Positions 18,935 to 28,525 of a stretch of DNA of 59,364 nucleotides are shown piece by piece (the first letter of the stretch is position 1; every line of letters begins with the position of its first letter). The stretch spans positions 1 to 59,364 of the forward strand of contig DASYLL010000251.1 of NCBI GenBank assembly GCA_036009605.1, read 5' to 3'. A model generated the notes under the pieces. It saw nothing but the letters and a program-made list of their open reading frames with translations, did not search any database and was not told the origin of the DNA. The translations under genes and the position numbers were made by a program. Source of the stretch: Thermoanaerobaculia bacterium (GTDB lineage: Bacteria > Acidobacteriota > Thermoanaerobaculia > Gp7-AA8).

Positions 18935-19966
18935 ATGATGTTCAAGGATGAGGCGACGATCCGTGTGAAAGCCGGCGACGGCGGGCACGGCTGCATCGCC
19001 TTCCGGCGCGAGAAGTTCGTTCCCAAAGGCGGCCCGTCCGGCGGCGACGGCGGCAAGGGGGGATCCGTGTGGATTGTCGCGTCACAGCGGCTCAACACGC
19101 TCTACCACCTGCAGTTTCAACGCGAGTGGAAAGCAGGACGCGGCGAGCACGGCATGGGCTCCAACTGCTCGGGTCAGGATGGCAGCGACGTCACGATCGA
19201 GCTGCCGGTCGGTTCCGTGATCCGCGACAAAGCGACCGATGACATCATCGCCGACCTCTCCGAGGATGGGGAGCGCGTACTCGTTGCACGGGGTGGGCGC
19301 GGTGGATGGGGCAATCAGCATTTCGCCACGGCCACGCGACAGGCGCCGCGTTTTGCGCAGGACGGAAATCTCGGAGACGAGCTCGAGCTCTTCATCGAGC
19401 TGAAGCTCATCGCGGACGTTGGTCTCATCGGGCTGCCGAACGCCGGCAAGTCGACGCTCATCTCCGTGATCAGCGCCGCGAAGCCGAAGATCGCCGACTA
19501 TCCCTTCACCACGCTCATCCCGAACCTCGGCGTCGTCAGCGCGGACAACTCACAGACGTTCGTCGTCGCCGACATCCCCGGTTTGATTGAAGGCGCGCAC
19601 GAAGGACACGGTCTCGGCGATCAGTTCCTTCGTCACGTCGAGCGTTGCTCGGTGCTCGTGCATCTCGTCGATCTCTCCGCGAATGAAGATCCCGCGGCCG
19701 ATGCGGAAGTCATCGCACGCGAGCTCGCGCTCTATTCGCAGTTGCTGGCGAGCAAGCCGCGCATCATCGTCGGCTCGAAGATCGATTCGATCGTGCCGGA
19801 GAACAGCGAGAAGCTGCGCGCGTATGCGGAGAAGGGCGGGTACCAGTATCACGAGATTTCCGCGGTCGTCGGCGACGGAGTGAAAGAGCTCGTGCGACTG
19901 CTCGCGCGACTGATTCGCGAGAATCAGGAACAACTCATCCGCGAGCACGCTGACAGTCGGTCATGA
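18935..19966 (+). CDS. obg: GTPase Obg/CgtA
   Basis: FKDEATIRVKAGDGGHGCIAFRREKF..GGDGGKGG, GLPNAGKST and DIPGLIEGA. Confidence 0.95.
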   Translation: MMFKDEATIRVKAGDGGHGCIAFRREKFVPKGGPSGGDGGKGGSVWIVASQRLNTLYHLQFQREWKAGRGEHGMGSNCSGQDGSDVTIELPVGSVIRDKATDDIIADLSEDGERVLVARGGRGGWGNQHFATATRQAPRFAQDGNLGDELELFIELKLIADVGLIGLPNAGKSTLISVISAAKPKIADYPFTTLIPNLGVVSADNSQTFVVADIPGLIEGAHEGHGLGDQFLRHVERCSVLVHLVDLSANEDPAADAEVIARELALYSQLLASKPRIIVGSKIDSIVPENSEKLRAYAEKGGYQYHEISAVVGDGVKELVRLLARLIRENQEQLIREHADSRS

Positions 19967-20580
19967 ACATCGGCATCTGCGGCGGCACCTTCGATCCGTT
20001 TCATCGCGGACATCTCGACCCGATTCTCGCGGTGCGGGAGACGATGCAATGGGATCGCGTGCTGTACGTCGTCGCGTTCGTGCAGCCATTCAAGCAGGAT
20101 CGTGCAACCGCGTCGCCGTATCACCGTTTCACCATGGTGAGTGCCGCGATGCTCGAGCACGAGTTTCTCTATGCGTCCTCAATGGAACTGGAGCGCGGCC
20201 GCGTTTCTTATACGGTCGACACGCTCGAAGAATTACGCACTCAATATCCCGATGACACGCTGGACTGGATCATCGGCGACGACAATCTCGAACAGCTCAC
20301 ACAATGGAAATCGATCGACCGCATTTTCGAGCTCGCTAATTTCACCGTGCTTTCACGCGGCAACTATGAACTGCCGGAGACGCTCGCCTCTCGAGTATGC
20401 GAGCCTGATTCACGTTCTGCGCATGGCGCCATCGCCTTCGCTCACAATCGCACGGTTCCGGTCTCGTCGACCGAGATCCGCAGGCGCGTGCGCGAGGACG
20501 AAGCCATTGACGAGCTGGTTCCGCCGCCCGTCTCGCGTTACATTCACCACTACGGACTCTATCGGAAAGGCCAATCGTGA
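19963..20580 (+). CDS. nadD: nicotinate-nucleotide adenylyltransferase
   Basis: GICGGTFDPFHRGH and a C-terminal SSTEIR motif. ATGA overlap with obg. Confidence 0.9.
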   Translation: MNIGICGGTFDPFHRGHLDPILAVRETMQWDRVLYVVAFVQPFKQDRATASPYHRFTMVSAAMLEHEFLYASSMELERGRVSYTVDTLEELRTQYPDDTLDWIIGDDNLEQLTQWKSIDRIFELANFTVLSRGNYELPETLASRVCEPDSRSAHGAIAFAHNRTVPVSSTEIRRRVREDEAIDELVPPPVSRYIHHYGLYRKGQS

Positions 20581-20969
20581 AAAATTCGATTGAATCGCGC
20601 GTCCGCCTCGCGGCAGCCGCGGTGCTCGACAAGAAAGCAACCCATCTCGACATCCTCGCCGTCGCCGAGCTCACCTCGATCGCCGACTACTTCGTGATCT
20701 GTTCGGCGGGGAACGAGCGACAGGCGCAGGCCATCGCAGACAACGTCGTCGACCAGCTTCGCGACGAGATGGGCGTGAAACCGCTGCTCATCGAAGGAAC
20801 GGTGCCGGGTCGCTGGATCCTGCTCGACTTCGGCGACTTCATCGTCCACATCTTCACCGAGGAGGTGCGCCGGTTCTATGGGCTCGAGCGACTCTGGGGC
20901 GATGCGCCGAATGTCACGGCCGAGATGACCGGAGAAGCCGAGCAGCGTGCCTTCAAAAAGACTTCGTGA
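20577..20969 (+). CDS. rsfS: ribosome silencing factor RsfS (iojap-like)
   Basis: DILAVAELTSIADYFVICSAGNERQ..WILLDFGDFIVHIF is the typical RsfS pattern. Confidence 0.85.
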   Translation: MKNSIESRVRLAAAAVLDKKATHLDILAVAELTSIADYFVICSAGNERQAQAIADNVVDQLRDEMGVKPLLIEGTVPGRWILLDFGDFIVHIFTEEVRRFYGLERLWGDAPNVTAEMTGEAEQRAFKKTS

Positions 20970-21900
20970 GCCGCGGCTCGAGGACCTCTTCCGCACGCGC
21001 AATGCCGCGATGCGGAACGTCCTCGACACGGTCGAGAAAGTTCTCGATCACGACGTCAGCATCCTGATCCTCGGCGAATCCGGAGTCGGCAAAGACTATC
21101 TCGCACAATCGATCCACGCCTGTTCCGCGCGACGCGCGGAGCCGTTCGTACACATCGAATGCGCGTCGATTCCGGCGGAACTGTTCGAAAGTGAACTGTT
21201 CGGACACGAGCGCGGCACGTTCACCGATGCGCAGACGCGCAAGGTCGGCAAACTGGAAGCAGCAGGTCGCGGGACCGTGTACTTCGATGAAGTCGCTTCG
21301 CTCACTCCGCAACTGCAGGCGAAGCTTCTTCGCGTGATGCAGGAGCGTCGCTTCTCGCGACTCGGCGGCGCGGCAACGTTGCCATTCGAAGCGCGCGTGA
21401 TCACATCGTCGAATGCTGACGCCGCGGCACTGCTCGCATCCGGTGCATTGCGACAGGATTTCTACTATCGCATCAATGTCGTCACGCTGACGTTGCCGCC
21501 ATTGCGCGAGCGTCCCGAGGATGTTTCGGCACTCGCGAAACTGTTCGTGAAACGGACGAAGTTTCGCCGCTTCGATGCAGAAGCGGAACGGATGATGCGC
21601 GGCTATGCCTGGCCCGGAAACGTGCGCGAGCTGCGCAATGCCATCGAGCGCGCCGGACTCGTCGAAGAGAGCGATCGCATTACTGCGGCGTCGCTTCCGA
21701 TCCACGCGGAATCCGATCTCATCACCACCGCTGCGCGCGGCAGATGGACCCTCGACGAGCTCGAATCGCACTACATCCGTGAAGTGCTCCGCATGACGCG
21801 CGAGAACTACTCGCGCGCGGCGCAGATCCTGGGGATCAATCGCAAGACGCTGCTGGAGAAGAGGAAGAAGTACGGGCTGGATCAGGCGCGGACGCCATGA
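20947..21900 (+). CDS. AAA+ sigma-54-type transcriptional activator with no N-terminal sensory domain; C-terminal Fis-type HTH
   Basis: Walker A GESGVGKD, ESELFGHERGTFTDA (a variant of the GAFTGA loop), YFDE Walker B, GNVRELRN, and C-terminal SRAAQILGINRKTL. Confidence 0.8.
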   Translation: MPSKRLREPRLEDLFRTRNAAMRNVLDTVEKVLDHDVSILILGESGVGKDYLAQSIHACSARRAEPFVHIECASIPAELFESELFGHERGTFTDAQTRKVGKLEAAGRGTVYFDEVASLTPQLQAKLLRVMQERRFSRLGGAATLPFEARVITSSNADAAALLASGALRQDFYYRINVVTLTLPPLRERPEDVSALAKLFVKRTKFRRFDAEAERMMRGYAWPGNVRELRNAIERAGLVEESDRITAASLPIHAESDLITTAARGRWTLDELESHYIREVLRMTRENYSRAAQILGINRKTLLEKRKKYGLDQARTP

Positions 21901-22367
21901 AATTTAGGTTCATCTGGGCCGGTTCCCATGCCGACGCCGAGCTGGCTCAGGCCGCGGAGCGTTACCTCAATCGGGTGAAGCATTTCTTCCCGATCGAGGT
22001 AATCGAAGTGCCGCCCGAGCGCGGTAGACAAGGTTCTCAGGATGTGGCTATCATGCGCGCTCAATCCGCGCGCCTGCTGGCCGCGATCCCTGATCGCGGG
22101 CATGTCGTGGTCCTCGATGAACGGGGACAGTTGTTGGATTCTTTGAAGTTTTCGAGGTGGGTGGAGAGGCTGACGATCGACAGTCCGCACGGCGTGAACT
22201 TCGTCGTGGGCGGCGACGTCGGATTCGATGATTCGGTTCGCGCGCGCGCCGACAAACTGCTCGCGCTCTCGCCGATGACTCTCCCGCACCAGTTTGCCCG
22301 CGTCATCCTGCTGGAGCAGATCTATCGCGCCTGCACGTTGATGCGGAACATTTCCTATCACAAGTGA
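21897..22367 (+). CDS. rlmH: 23S rRNA (pseudouridine1915-N3)-methyltransferase RlmH
   Basis: 156-aa SPOUT-type protein. It holds the conserved position after rsfS, and its C-terminus (LPHQFARVILLEQIYRA) is typical. Confidence 0.8.
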   Translation: MKFRFIWAGSHADAELAQAAERYLNRVKHFFPIEVIEVPPERGRQGSQDVAIMRAQSARLLAAIPDRGHVVVLDERGQLLDSLKFSRWVERLTIDSPHGVNFVVGGDVGFDDSVRARADKLLALSPMTLPHQFARVILLEQIYRACTLMRNISYHK

Positions 22368-22750
22368 CAGGGGCTCGAATGGCTGCCAAGACGAAAGCGA
22401 AACCGAATCCATTTCAGGCGTACGAAGACGCGCTCCGCGAGAAACAGCGCGAGCTGCTCGCGTCCTTCGAGCGCGACAAAGCTGCCGGCAATCATCAGAA
22501 CGACGACGGCATTCAGGACCTGGCCGACAAAGCCGCCAGCGCCTACTCCAAAGAGCTCAACTTCTCCCTCTCCGACACGGAGCGCAACCTCCTCATGCAG
22601 ATCGAGGAAGCGTTCGTGCGCATGAAGAACGACGCCTACGCCGTGTGCACCAACTGCAGCACCGTCATCGGCGAAAAGCGCCTGCAGGCCGTGCCCTGGA
22701 CCCCCTTCTGCATCGACTGCCAGGAGCTGCAGGAAAAGGGTTTGCTGTAA
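22364..22750 (+). CDS. DksA/TraR-family C4 zinc-finger protein
   Basis: CTNCSTVIGEKRLQAVPWTPFCIDCQ four-Cys finger preceded by a coiled-coil region. The start may be ATG 22379. Confidence 0.8.
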   Translation: MTGARMAAKTKAKPNPFQAYEDALREKQRELLASFERDKAAGNHQNDDGIQDLADKAASAYSKELNFSLSDTERNLLMQIEEAFVRMKNDAYAVCTNCSTVIGEKRLQAVPWTPFCIDCQELQEKGLL

Positions 22751-22762
22751 TCTCGGCCTCGC

Positions 22763-24142
22763 GTGCCGAAAACCCTCTCCACCGTCCTCGCTGACATCGC
22801 ACAGAGCAAGCCGCCGCGAGTGTTCCTCGTCGGCGGCAACAGCGAGTTCCTTTCTGAACAGGCTTTCCACGAGCTCCGCGACGCTCTTGTCGCGAACAAC
22901 CCGAAGCTCGCGGTAGAAACCTACGAGCCCGGCACCGAGCTCGCCTCGATTCTCGATTCTTTCCGCACGGGATCGCTCTTCGGCGGCGCGCGTCTTCTCA
23001 TCGTGCCCGAGGTGAACGCGTTCGTTTCAGCAAAAGAGATTGCGTCGCTGTATGACAAAGCGACGGCCGATTGGAAGAGCGCGAAGACCGATCGCAAACG
23101 CGCGTCATCGGCCGCGAAGCTGCTGCACGTCCTCGGCGTCGCCGGCTGCGATCTGGAGATGAAAGATCGCGCGATCGCAGACGCCCTCGGCATCGCGCTC
23201 GATCAGACGCTCACGGACATGCTCGCGTTCTGTCGCGCGAGCGGCAAGAAAGCGGGACGCGGAGAAGACGACGCCGCGATGCTGATGGAAGCGATCGCGC
23301 GCGGCGGCGCCACGGGAACGATTCTGCTGATGCGCACCGGCGAGGTGCCGCGCGATTCCGCGACGATCGATCTCATCGACAAAGTCGGCGCCGTCATCGT
23401 GGCCGATCTCACGCGCGAAGGCTTCACTGCCGCGCTCGATCAAGCCATCGCGTCAATTGCGTCTGATGCAAACGTGAAATTCGAATCGCAAGCCGTCGCG
23501 CGCTTGAAGCAACGCCTCGGCATCGAGCGCGTGCTCGCCGACAAGTTCTCGAAAGACGTGCCGGAGATTCGCGGTGCGATGTCGGAAGTCGAACGGCTCG
23601 TGACGCTGGCCGGCGACGGCGGACGCGTCACTGCCGCGATGGTGGAGCGCGAGATCGCCGCGATCGAGGGCGGCGCACGCTACGAGCTCGGCTCGCTCTT
23701 CACCGAAGGCAAGATCCTCGAAGCCGTCTCGAAGCTGCGCGATCTCGTCGCGCAGGGCCGCCGCGAAGATCCGAAGATGCCGGTCGACATGCACTACGGC
23801 CGCTTTCTCTTCCCGCTCGCCGACGAGTTGCGACAGATGATCGGTATCCACTCCTGGGCGCGCGTGAACAACATGAACCTGCGCCAGTCGATGCAATACA
23901 ACCGGTTCAAAGACACCATCGCCGACCGCCTCGGCGACTATCTCAAGTCGCACGGCCTCGTGCGCCAGCGCCCGCATCCGTTCCCGCTGCACAAGAAGTT
24001 CGAAGCCGCGCGCACGTACAGCGAAGCCGATCTCTTTCGCGCGCTCGCGTACATCGCGGATCTCGAGATCAAACGCAAGTCGGGCGGCCTGCCGGTGGAT
24101 GTGGGAATCGAGACGTTTCTGCTTTCGCGGTTGCGAGCATGA
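22763..24142 (+). CDS. hypothetical protein (possibly DNA polymerase III delta-like)
   Basis: 459-aa ORF. Its N-terminus PPRVFLVGGNSEFLSEQAF resembles the HolA start, but this is weak and unverified. Confidence 0.4.
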   Translation: MPKTLSTVLADIAQSKPPRVFLVGGNSEFLSEQAFHELRDALVANNPKLAVETYEPGTELASILDSFRTGSLFGGARLLIVPEVNAFVSAKEIASLYDKATADWKSAKTDRKRASSAAKLLHVLGVAGCDLEMKDRAIADALGIALDQTLTDMLAFCRASGKKAGRGEDDAAMLMEAIARGGATGTILLMRTGEVPRDSATIDLIDKVGAVIVADLTREGFTAALDQAIASIASDANVKFESQAVARLKQRLGIERVLADKFSKDVPEIRGAMSEVERLVTLAGDGGRVTAAMVEREIAAIEGGARYELGSLFTEGKILEAVSKLRDLVAQGRREDPKMPVDMHYGRFLFPLADELRQMIGIHSWARVNNMNLRQSMQYNRFKDTIADRLGDYLKSHGLVRQRPHPFPLHKKFEAARTYSEADLFRALAYIADLEIKRKSGGLPVDVGIETFLLSRLRA

Positions 24143-24843
24143 TCAGCGTCGGCTTTTTGCTCATCAAGCCTGTGGTGCGCCCGCCGTACGTATCGGCAGA
24201 GCTCATTCCTGAGCTGGTGATCAGCGCGAGCAATTGTATCTGTCCGCAGTTTCCGGGGCCGTACGCGATCTCATGGTGCAGCGAATCCGACGAGGATCGT
24301 GTAGCACGCTTGACCGAGGTGGGCGTTCCTGCCGAGCTCCACGCCATCGCAATTCAGTGGGCAACCGCGGCGTTCGGCGAGACCTACGGATGGCCTGGAG
24401 TGTTTTACTCGGTGGAGGCGGCGAGAGAGGCGCGCGATCGATTCATCGCATCACCCGAATTCGTGAAGGTGATTGCTCTCGGGCTGCCCGAGCAGTTTGC
24501 AGAGGACTTCATGAAAAGAGCCGCGCCGACGGCTTCTCCTCCCGGCTATGCACCGAGCGGCGAGTCGGGATATCTCGAATGCATCAAGCGACGCGATGCG
24601 CTGCCGGACGGCGGCCGTCACCTCGGCTTCGAGCTTCTGAATCTGCAGGTCGGCATGCTGGAAGACTCGTGGCTCTGCAATGGGCTGGAGCAACACTGCG
24701 CCACGACATTGCAGATTCGCCCAACGCATAACGGACTTCTGGCAACATTGGAAGACGCGACGCGCAGTTGCGCCGAGATCGATCGAGAGGAAGTCGGTGC
24801 CGAGCCCGGGCCCTGGTATCCGTTCCAACTCGTCGAGTACTGA
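24139..24843 (+). CDS. hypothetical protein
   Basis: 234-aa ORF with an ATGA overlap to the upstream gene. No motif recognised. Confidence 0.45.
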   Translation: MISVGFLLIKPVVRPPYVSAELIPELVISASNCICPQFPGPYAISWCSESDEDRVARLTEVGVPAELHAIAIQWATAAFGETYGWPGVFYSVEAAREARDRFIASPEFVKVIALGLPEQFAEDFMKRAAPTASPPGYAPSGESGYLECIKRRDALPDGGRHLGFELLNLQVGMLEDSWLCNGLEQHCATTLQIRPTHNGLLATLEDATRSCAEIDREEVGAEPGPWYPFQLVEY

Positions 24844-24862
24844 AGCTAAACTGCGTGCCTTC

Positions 24863-26059
24863 ATGGACGTCGATCGCAAAGCGTGGCGCGCCCTCTTCGC
24901 AGCGCAACTCGGCTGGATGCTCGACGCGATGGACTTTCTCCTCTTCACGTTCGCGCTCGTCTCCATCAAGAAAGATCTCAACCTCACCAACACGGAGGCC
25001 AGCCTTCCCATCGTCATCGCGCTGATCGCGAGCGCCATTGGTGGGATCGCATTCGGCCGCATTGCCGATCGCATCGGTCGCGTGCGTGCGATGACGATCA
25101 GCATCCTTCTCTACTCCGGCGCGACCGCCGGGATGGCCACCGCGCAGAACCTCTGGCAACTCGTCGCGTGGCGCGTGCTCGTTGGACTGGGCATGGGCGG
25201 GGAGTGGTCGTGCGGCTCCGTGCTCGTCGCAGAAACGTGGCCACCGAAGCATCGCGCGAAGGCGATGGGCATCATGCAATCCGGATGGGCGATCGGCGCG
25301 CTGTTCGCCGCCGGCCTCTCCGCACTCGTGCTCGAGCGCTACGGCTGGCGGGTGCTGTTTCTGATCGGCGCGCTCCCCGCGGTTGCCGCGTTCTACATCC
25401 GTCGCACGGTCGAAGAGCCGGCGATCTGGCGCGAACGCGATCGCACGCCGTCACGCTGGAGCGAGATCTTCTCGCCGGAGTTTCGGCGTCGCACGATCCT
25501 CGCGACGCTCGTCGCGGCGAGTGTGCTCGTCGCCTTCTGGGGCGTCACGTCATGGCTGCCCGCGTTTCTCGCGACTCCGATCGCGGAAGGCGGTGCGGGC
25601 CTCACCGTGACGAAGTCCGCGGCCTGGTTGATCGTGCTGCAGATCGGCGCGTTCTTCGGCTATATCAGTTTCGGCTGGATCGCCGATCGCATCGGCCGTC
25701 GTCCCGCGTTCACGTTGTTCATGATTGCGGCAGCGATCGTCGTGCCGCTGTTTGCGTTCTACGCGCGCTCGGTGCTCACGCTGCTGATCATCGGACCGCT
25801 CGTCGGCTACTTCGCGCACGGCTACTTCTCGCTCTTCGGAGCGATGCTCGCCGAGCTTTTCCCGACGCGCATCCGCGCGTCCGCGCAAGGGTTCTGCTAC
25901 AACGCCGGCCGCCTCGTCTCCGCCGCCGCGCCGTACGCCATTGGCGTCGCCGCGACAAAACACGGCCTCGGTTTCGCCATCTCCGCCGACGCCATCTTCT
26001 TCGCCCTCGGCGCAATCCTGATCTGGCTCCTCCCCGAAACCAAAGGCACGGAGTTGTGA
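24863..26059 (+). CDS. MFS transporter
   Basis: ATG 24863. About 12 hydrophobic segments and the MFS loop motif GRIADRIGR, repeated as ADRIGRRPA in the second half. Confidence 0.85.
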   Translation: MDVDRKAWRALFAAQLGWMLDAMDFLLFTFALVSIKKDLNLTNTEASLPIVIALIASAIGGIAFGRIADRIGRVRAMTISILLYSGATAGMATAQNLWQLVAWRVLVGLGMGGEWSCGSVLVAETWPPKHRAKAMGIMQSGWAIGALFAAGLSALVLERYGWRVLFLIGALPAVAAFYIRRTVEEPAIWRERDRTPSRWSEIFSPEFRRRTILATLVAASVLVAFWGVTSWLPAFLATPIAEGGAGLTVTKSAAWLIVLQIGAFFGYISFGWIADRIGRRPAFTLFMIAAAIVVPLFAFYARSVLTLLIIGPLVGYFAHGYFSLFGAMLAELFPTRIRASAQGFCYNAGRLVSAAAPYAIGVAATKHGLGFAISADAIFFALGAILIWLLPETKGTEL

Positions 26060-26748
26060 TCGACCTCAGCGCCGACCTCGGCGAAGGTTCGCCCCGCGAA
26101 GAAGAAATCTGGCCGCTGATCACCAGCGCGAACGTCGCATGCGGTGGTCACACTGGCGATGAGCATTCAATGCGCGCGGCAGCGGAGCTCGCGCGCAAAC
26201 ACGGCGTTCGCTTTGGTGCGCATCCGTCGTATCCCGACCGCGAACATTTCGGACGCCGCTCGCTCGACATCGCACCCGATGCGTTGCGCGAATCGTTGAT
26301 TGCTCAGCTCACCGCGCTCCACGCGATCTCGCCCCTTCATCACGTGAAACCCCACGGCGCGCTCTACAACGACGCGCACAAAAATCGCGCCCTCGCTGAT
26401 GTGATCATCGAAGCGATGCGTGCGGTCCATCCCGCGCTGGCCATCGTCGCGCCCGATCACTCGCAAATGGTCGCCGCCGCCCGCGCCGCCGGCATGAACG
26501 GGATTCGCGAAGCGTTCGCCGATCGCCGCTACGAGCCCGATGGCGCACTCACTCCCCGCAGCATGGTCAGCTCGACACTGACTATCTCCGAGGCTTCTGT
26601 TCAAGCCGCGCTTCTCATCACCGACGGTGTGGTCATCGCACGCGATGGTTCCCGAGTCCCCATCGCGTTCGACACGATCTGCGTTCACGCCGATATGGAA
26701 CACGCCGTCGAGCGGCTCCACGCAATCACGGCCCGCATTGACAAATAA
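26056..26748 (+). CDS. pxpA: 5-oxoprolinase subunit A (LamB/YcsF family)
   Basis: DLSADLGEG..ITSANVACGGHTGD..FGAHPSYPDREHFGRR. The GTG start overlaps the MFS stop. Confidence 0.85.
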   Translation: MIDLSADLGEGSPREEEIWPLITSANVACGGHTGDEHSMRAAAELARKHGVRFGAHPSYPDREHFGRRSLDIAPDALRESLIAQLTALHAISPLHHVKPHGALYNDAHKNRALADVIIEAMRAVHPALAIVAPDHSQMVAAARAAGMNGIREAFADRRYEPDGALTPRSMVSSTLTISEASVQAALLITDGVVIARDGSRVPIAFDTICVHADMEHAVERLHAITARIDK

Positions 26749-26783
26749 CCGCTCGATCAGCGACCATCCCGGTCCCTCCGACT

Positions 26784-26860
26784 GCTGTGGTGTAGCTCAG
26801 TTGGTAGAGCGCCGGATTGTTAATCCGGTGGTCGTAGGTTCGAGCCCTACCGCCACAGCC
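26784..26860 (+). tRNA. tRNA-Asn (anticodon GTT)
   Basis: Acceptor stem gctgtgg/ccacagc, D-arm tagctcagttggtagagc, anticodon stem-loop ccgga-ttGTTaa-tccgg, T-arm gtaggttcgagccctac. No CCA is encoded. Confidence 0.9.
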
Positions 26861-27032
26861 AATTCGAAACAACTCCGTAGAAAGCATTTAGCAGCACCCC
26901 CTCTTCTCACCGATTTTGGCGTTTCGGCCCAAGTGTCTAATCGCGCGTCTAATCGGCGCCGTGACGACGTCGTTTCGCTCCATTTCGAACGAGACGATCT
27001 GCGGGAAGGGGTCCTTGCATTCACTCCGATGC

Positions 27033-27254
27033 ATGGACCTCAAGAACCTCATCTCGCGCATCGAGCTGGCAGCCTCGCTCCGCGTCCACCCACAGACGAT
27101 AGCGAAATGGACGCGGCTCGGCCTCTTCCCGGAGCCGAAGGAATGCCTCTCGGACCGCGTCATCCTCTACGACCGCGACGAGGTGCGCCTCGCGCTCGAT
27201 CGGAGGAAGGCAGCGCGACGCCAGCGCGTCACGCCAAGACGTCGAAGCGTGTGA
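27033..27254 (+). CDS. excisionase/AlpA-like helix-turn-helix DNA-binding protein
   Basis: 73 aa containing ELAASLRVHPQTIAKWTRLGLFPEP. GTGA overlap with the integrase start. Confidence 0.65.
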   Translation: MDLKNLISRIELAASLRVHPQTIAKWTRLGLFPEPKECLSDRVILYDRDEVRLALDRRKAARRQRVTPRRRSV

Positions 27255-28465
27255 GACACGGTCAACGCGGTGACCGGCTTGTGGGCTTCGCCTACGACGA
27301 AGCGGCCGGCATCGCCCACTTCTCGATGTATGTGCCCGGCACAGCCGGCCGTGTCCGGAAACGCGCAACGGTGCGTGCCGTCTCGTATGAGCAGGCGGTA
27401 GGGCTCTGGTCCGCGTTCCGGAGCCGAGCCGCCCAAGGACTTCACCGCCCCTCGCCCGAAGCCCCGACGTTCTTGGAGTTCATCACCGACTACTTCCCAT
27501 CGATCGAGGCGAACGTCACGAGGAAGACCGCGACCGACTACCGCTACGGCATCCATCGGCACCTGCTGCCGCAACTCGGAGCGCTGCGCCTCACTGAGAT
27601 CACCTCGGGCGTCGTGAACCGCCTCGGCGCATCGATGAAAGCCCAAGGCTACGCCGGCGCGACGGTCAACAAGCACATGACTCTTGCGGCCCTTCTCCTC
27701 GGCTACGCCGTTGAGTTCGACGTGATCGCTGAATTGCCGCTCAAGAAAAAGCTCAAGAAGCAGAAGGTGAACAAGCCGTGTCTCGAGCTCAACGCGGAAG
27801 AGCGGGCGGCGTTCCTCGCAGCGTTCAACGACGAGCCAGGCTTCCGTCGCTATCTCGCCGAAACCATGCCCAAGGGGAAACCCCGGCAGACGAAGGATGG
27901 GCGCTTCGGATCGCGACGAGCCCACGGGGCCGGGATGCGCGACGACAGCGACGCGGCGCACGCGTACTTCCTCCGCTTCCAGACTTCGAGGGATCTCTTC
28001 GTCACGGCTCTTGAAACGGGCATCCGCTCGGGAGACCTCCGGGCGCTCACGCGCCATCACATCGACTTCGAGGAGGGCTGGATACGTTTCAGTCAACAGA
28101 AGACGAGCAAGGAGGTCGTTATACCCATCTCGCATGAGTGTCGCCTCGCTCTTCAGAGTGCGCTTTCGTCTCGTGAAGTCTGTGCTGACGATCCGGTCTT
28201 TGTCACCGAAACGGGCCTCCCGTATGGACAATCAACGATGCGGCGCTACTTCAAAATCGCCAAGCGTCTTGCCGGACTCATCAGGAAGTGCAGATTCCAC
28301 GATCTTCGTCACACCTTCGGGTGCGACCTGGCCACTGCTGGTCTGCCGTTGCGATTCATCGGGAAGGTCATGGGCCACACGAATGCGACGACCACCGAGC
28401 GATACGCCCGGCCAGATCAGATTGTGCTGGAGCGGGTGCGCGAGGCACTCAACCGCGAGCGGTAG
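27251..28465 (+). CDS. tyrosine-type site-specific integrase
   Basis: C-terminal catalytic region ETGIRSGDLRAL..HDLRHTFGCDLATAG..VMGHTNATTTERYARP (R..HxxR..Y). The 612-aa ORF from 26627 reads through the tRNA and was trimmed. Confidence 0.9.
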   Translation: MRHGQRGDRLVGFAYDEAAGIAHFSMYVPGTAGRVRKRATVRAVSYEQAVGLWSAFRSRAAQGLHRPSPEAPTFLEFITDYFPSIEANVTRKTATDYRYGIHRHLLPQLGALRLTEITSGVVNRLGASMKAQGYAGATVNKHMTLAALLLGYAVEFDVIAELPLKKKLKKQKVNKPCLELNAEERAAFLAAFNDEPGFRRYLAETMPKGKPRQTKDGRFGSRRAHGAGMRDDSDAAHAYFLRFQTSRDLFVTALETGIRSGDLRALTRHHIDFEEGWIRFSQQKTSKEVVIPISHECRLALQSALSSREVCADDPVFVTETGLPYGQSTMRRYFKIAKRLAGLIRKCRFHDLRHTFGCDLATAGLPLRFIGKVMGHTNATTTERYARPDQIVLERVREALNRER

Positions 28466-28488
28466 GAACAGCACTGCATGGAGAATGC

Positions 28489-28518
28489 GGTTGGCCGCCA
28501 GATCGTTGGCGGCCAACC
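28489..28518. terminator. hairpin between convergent genes (no U-tract)
   Basis: ggttggccgcc-agatcgtt-ggcggccaacc, an 11-bp perfect stem. Confidence 0.45.
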
Positions 28519-28525
28519 GGGCTAC

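Noticed and set aside
24883-26748. 621-aa plus-strand ORF spanning the MFS and pxpA regions
   Set aside because: The first 390 codons are an Arg-rich off-frame read of the MFS gene. Only the part from GTG 26056 (the LamB/YcsF sequence) is real.
26627-28465. 612-aa ORF as a full-length integrase
   Set aside because: It reads straight through the tRNA-Asn gene and the excisionase. The integrase was trimmed to GTG 27251.
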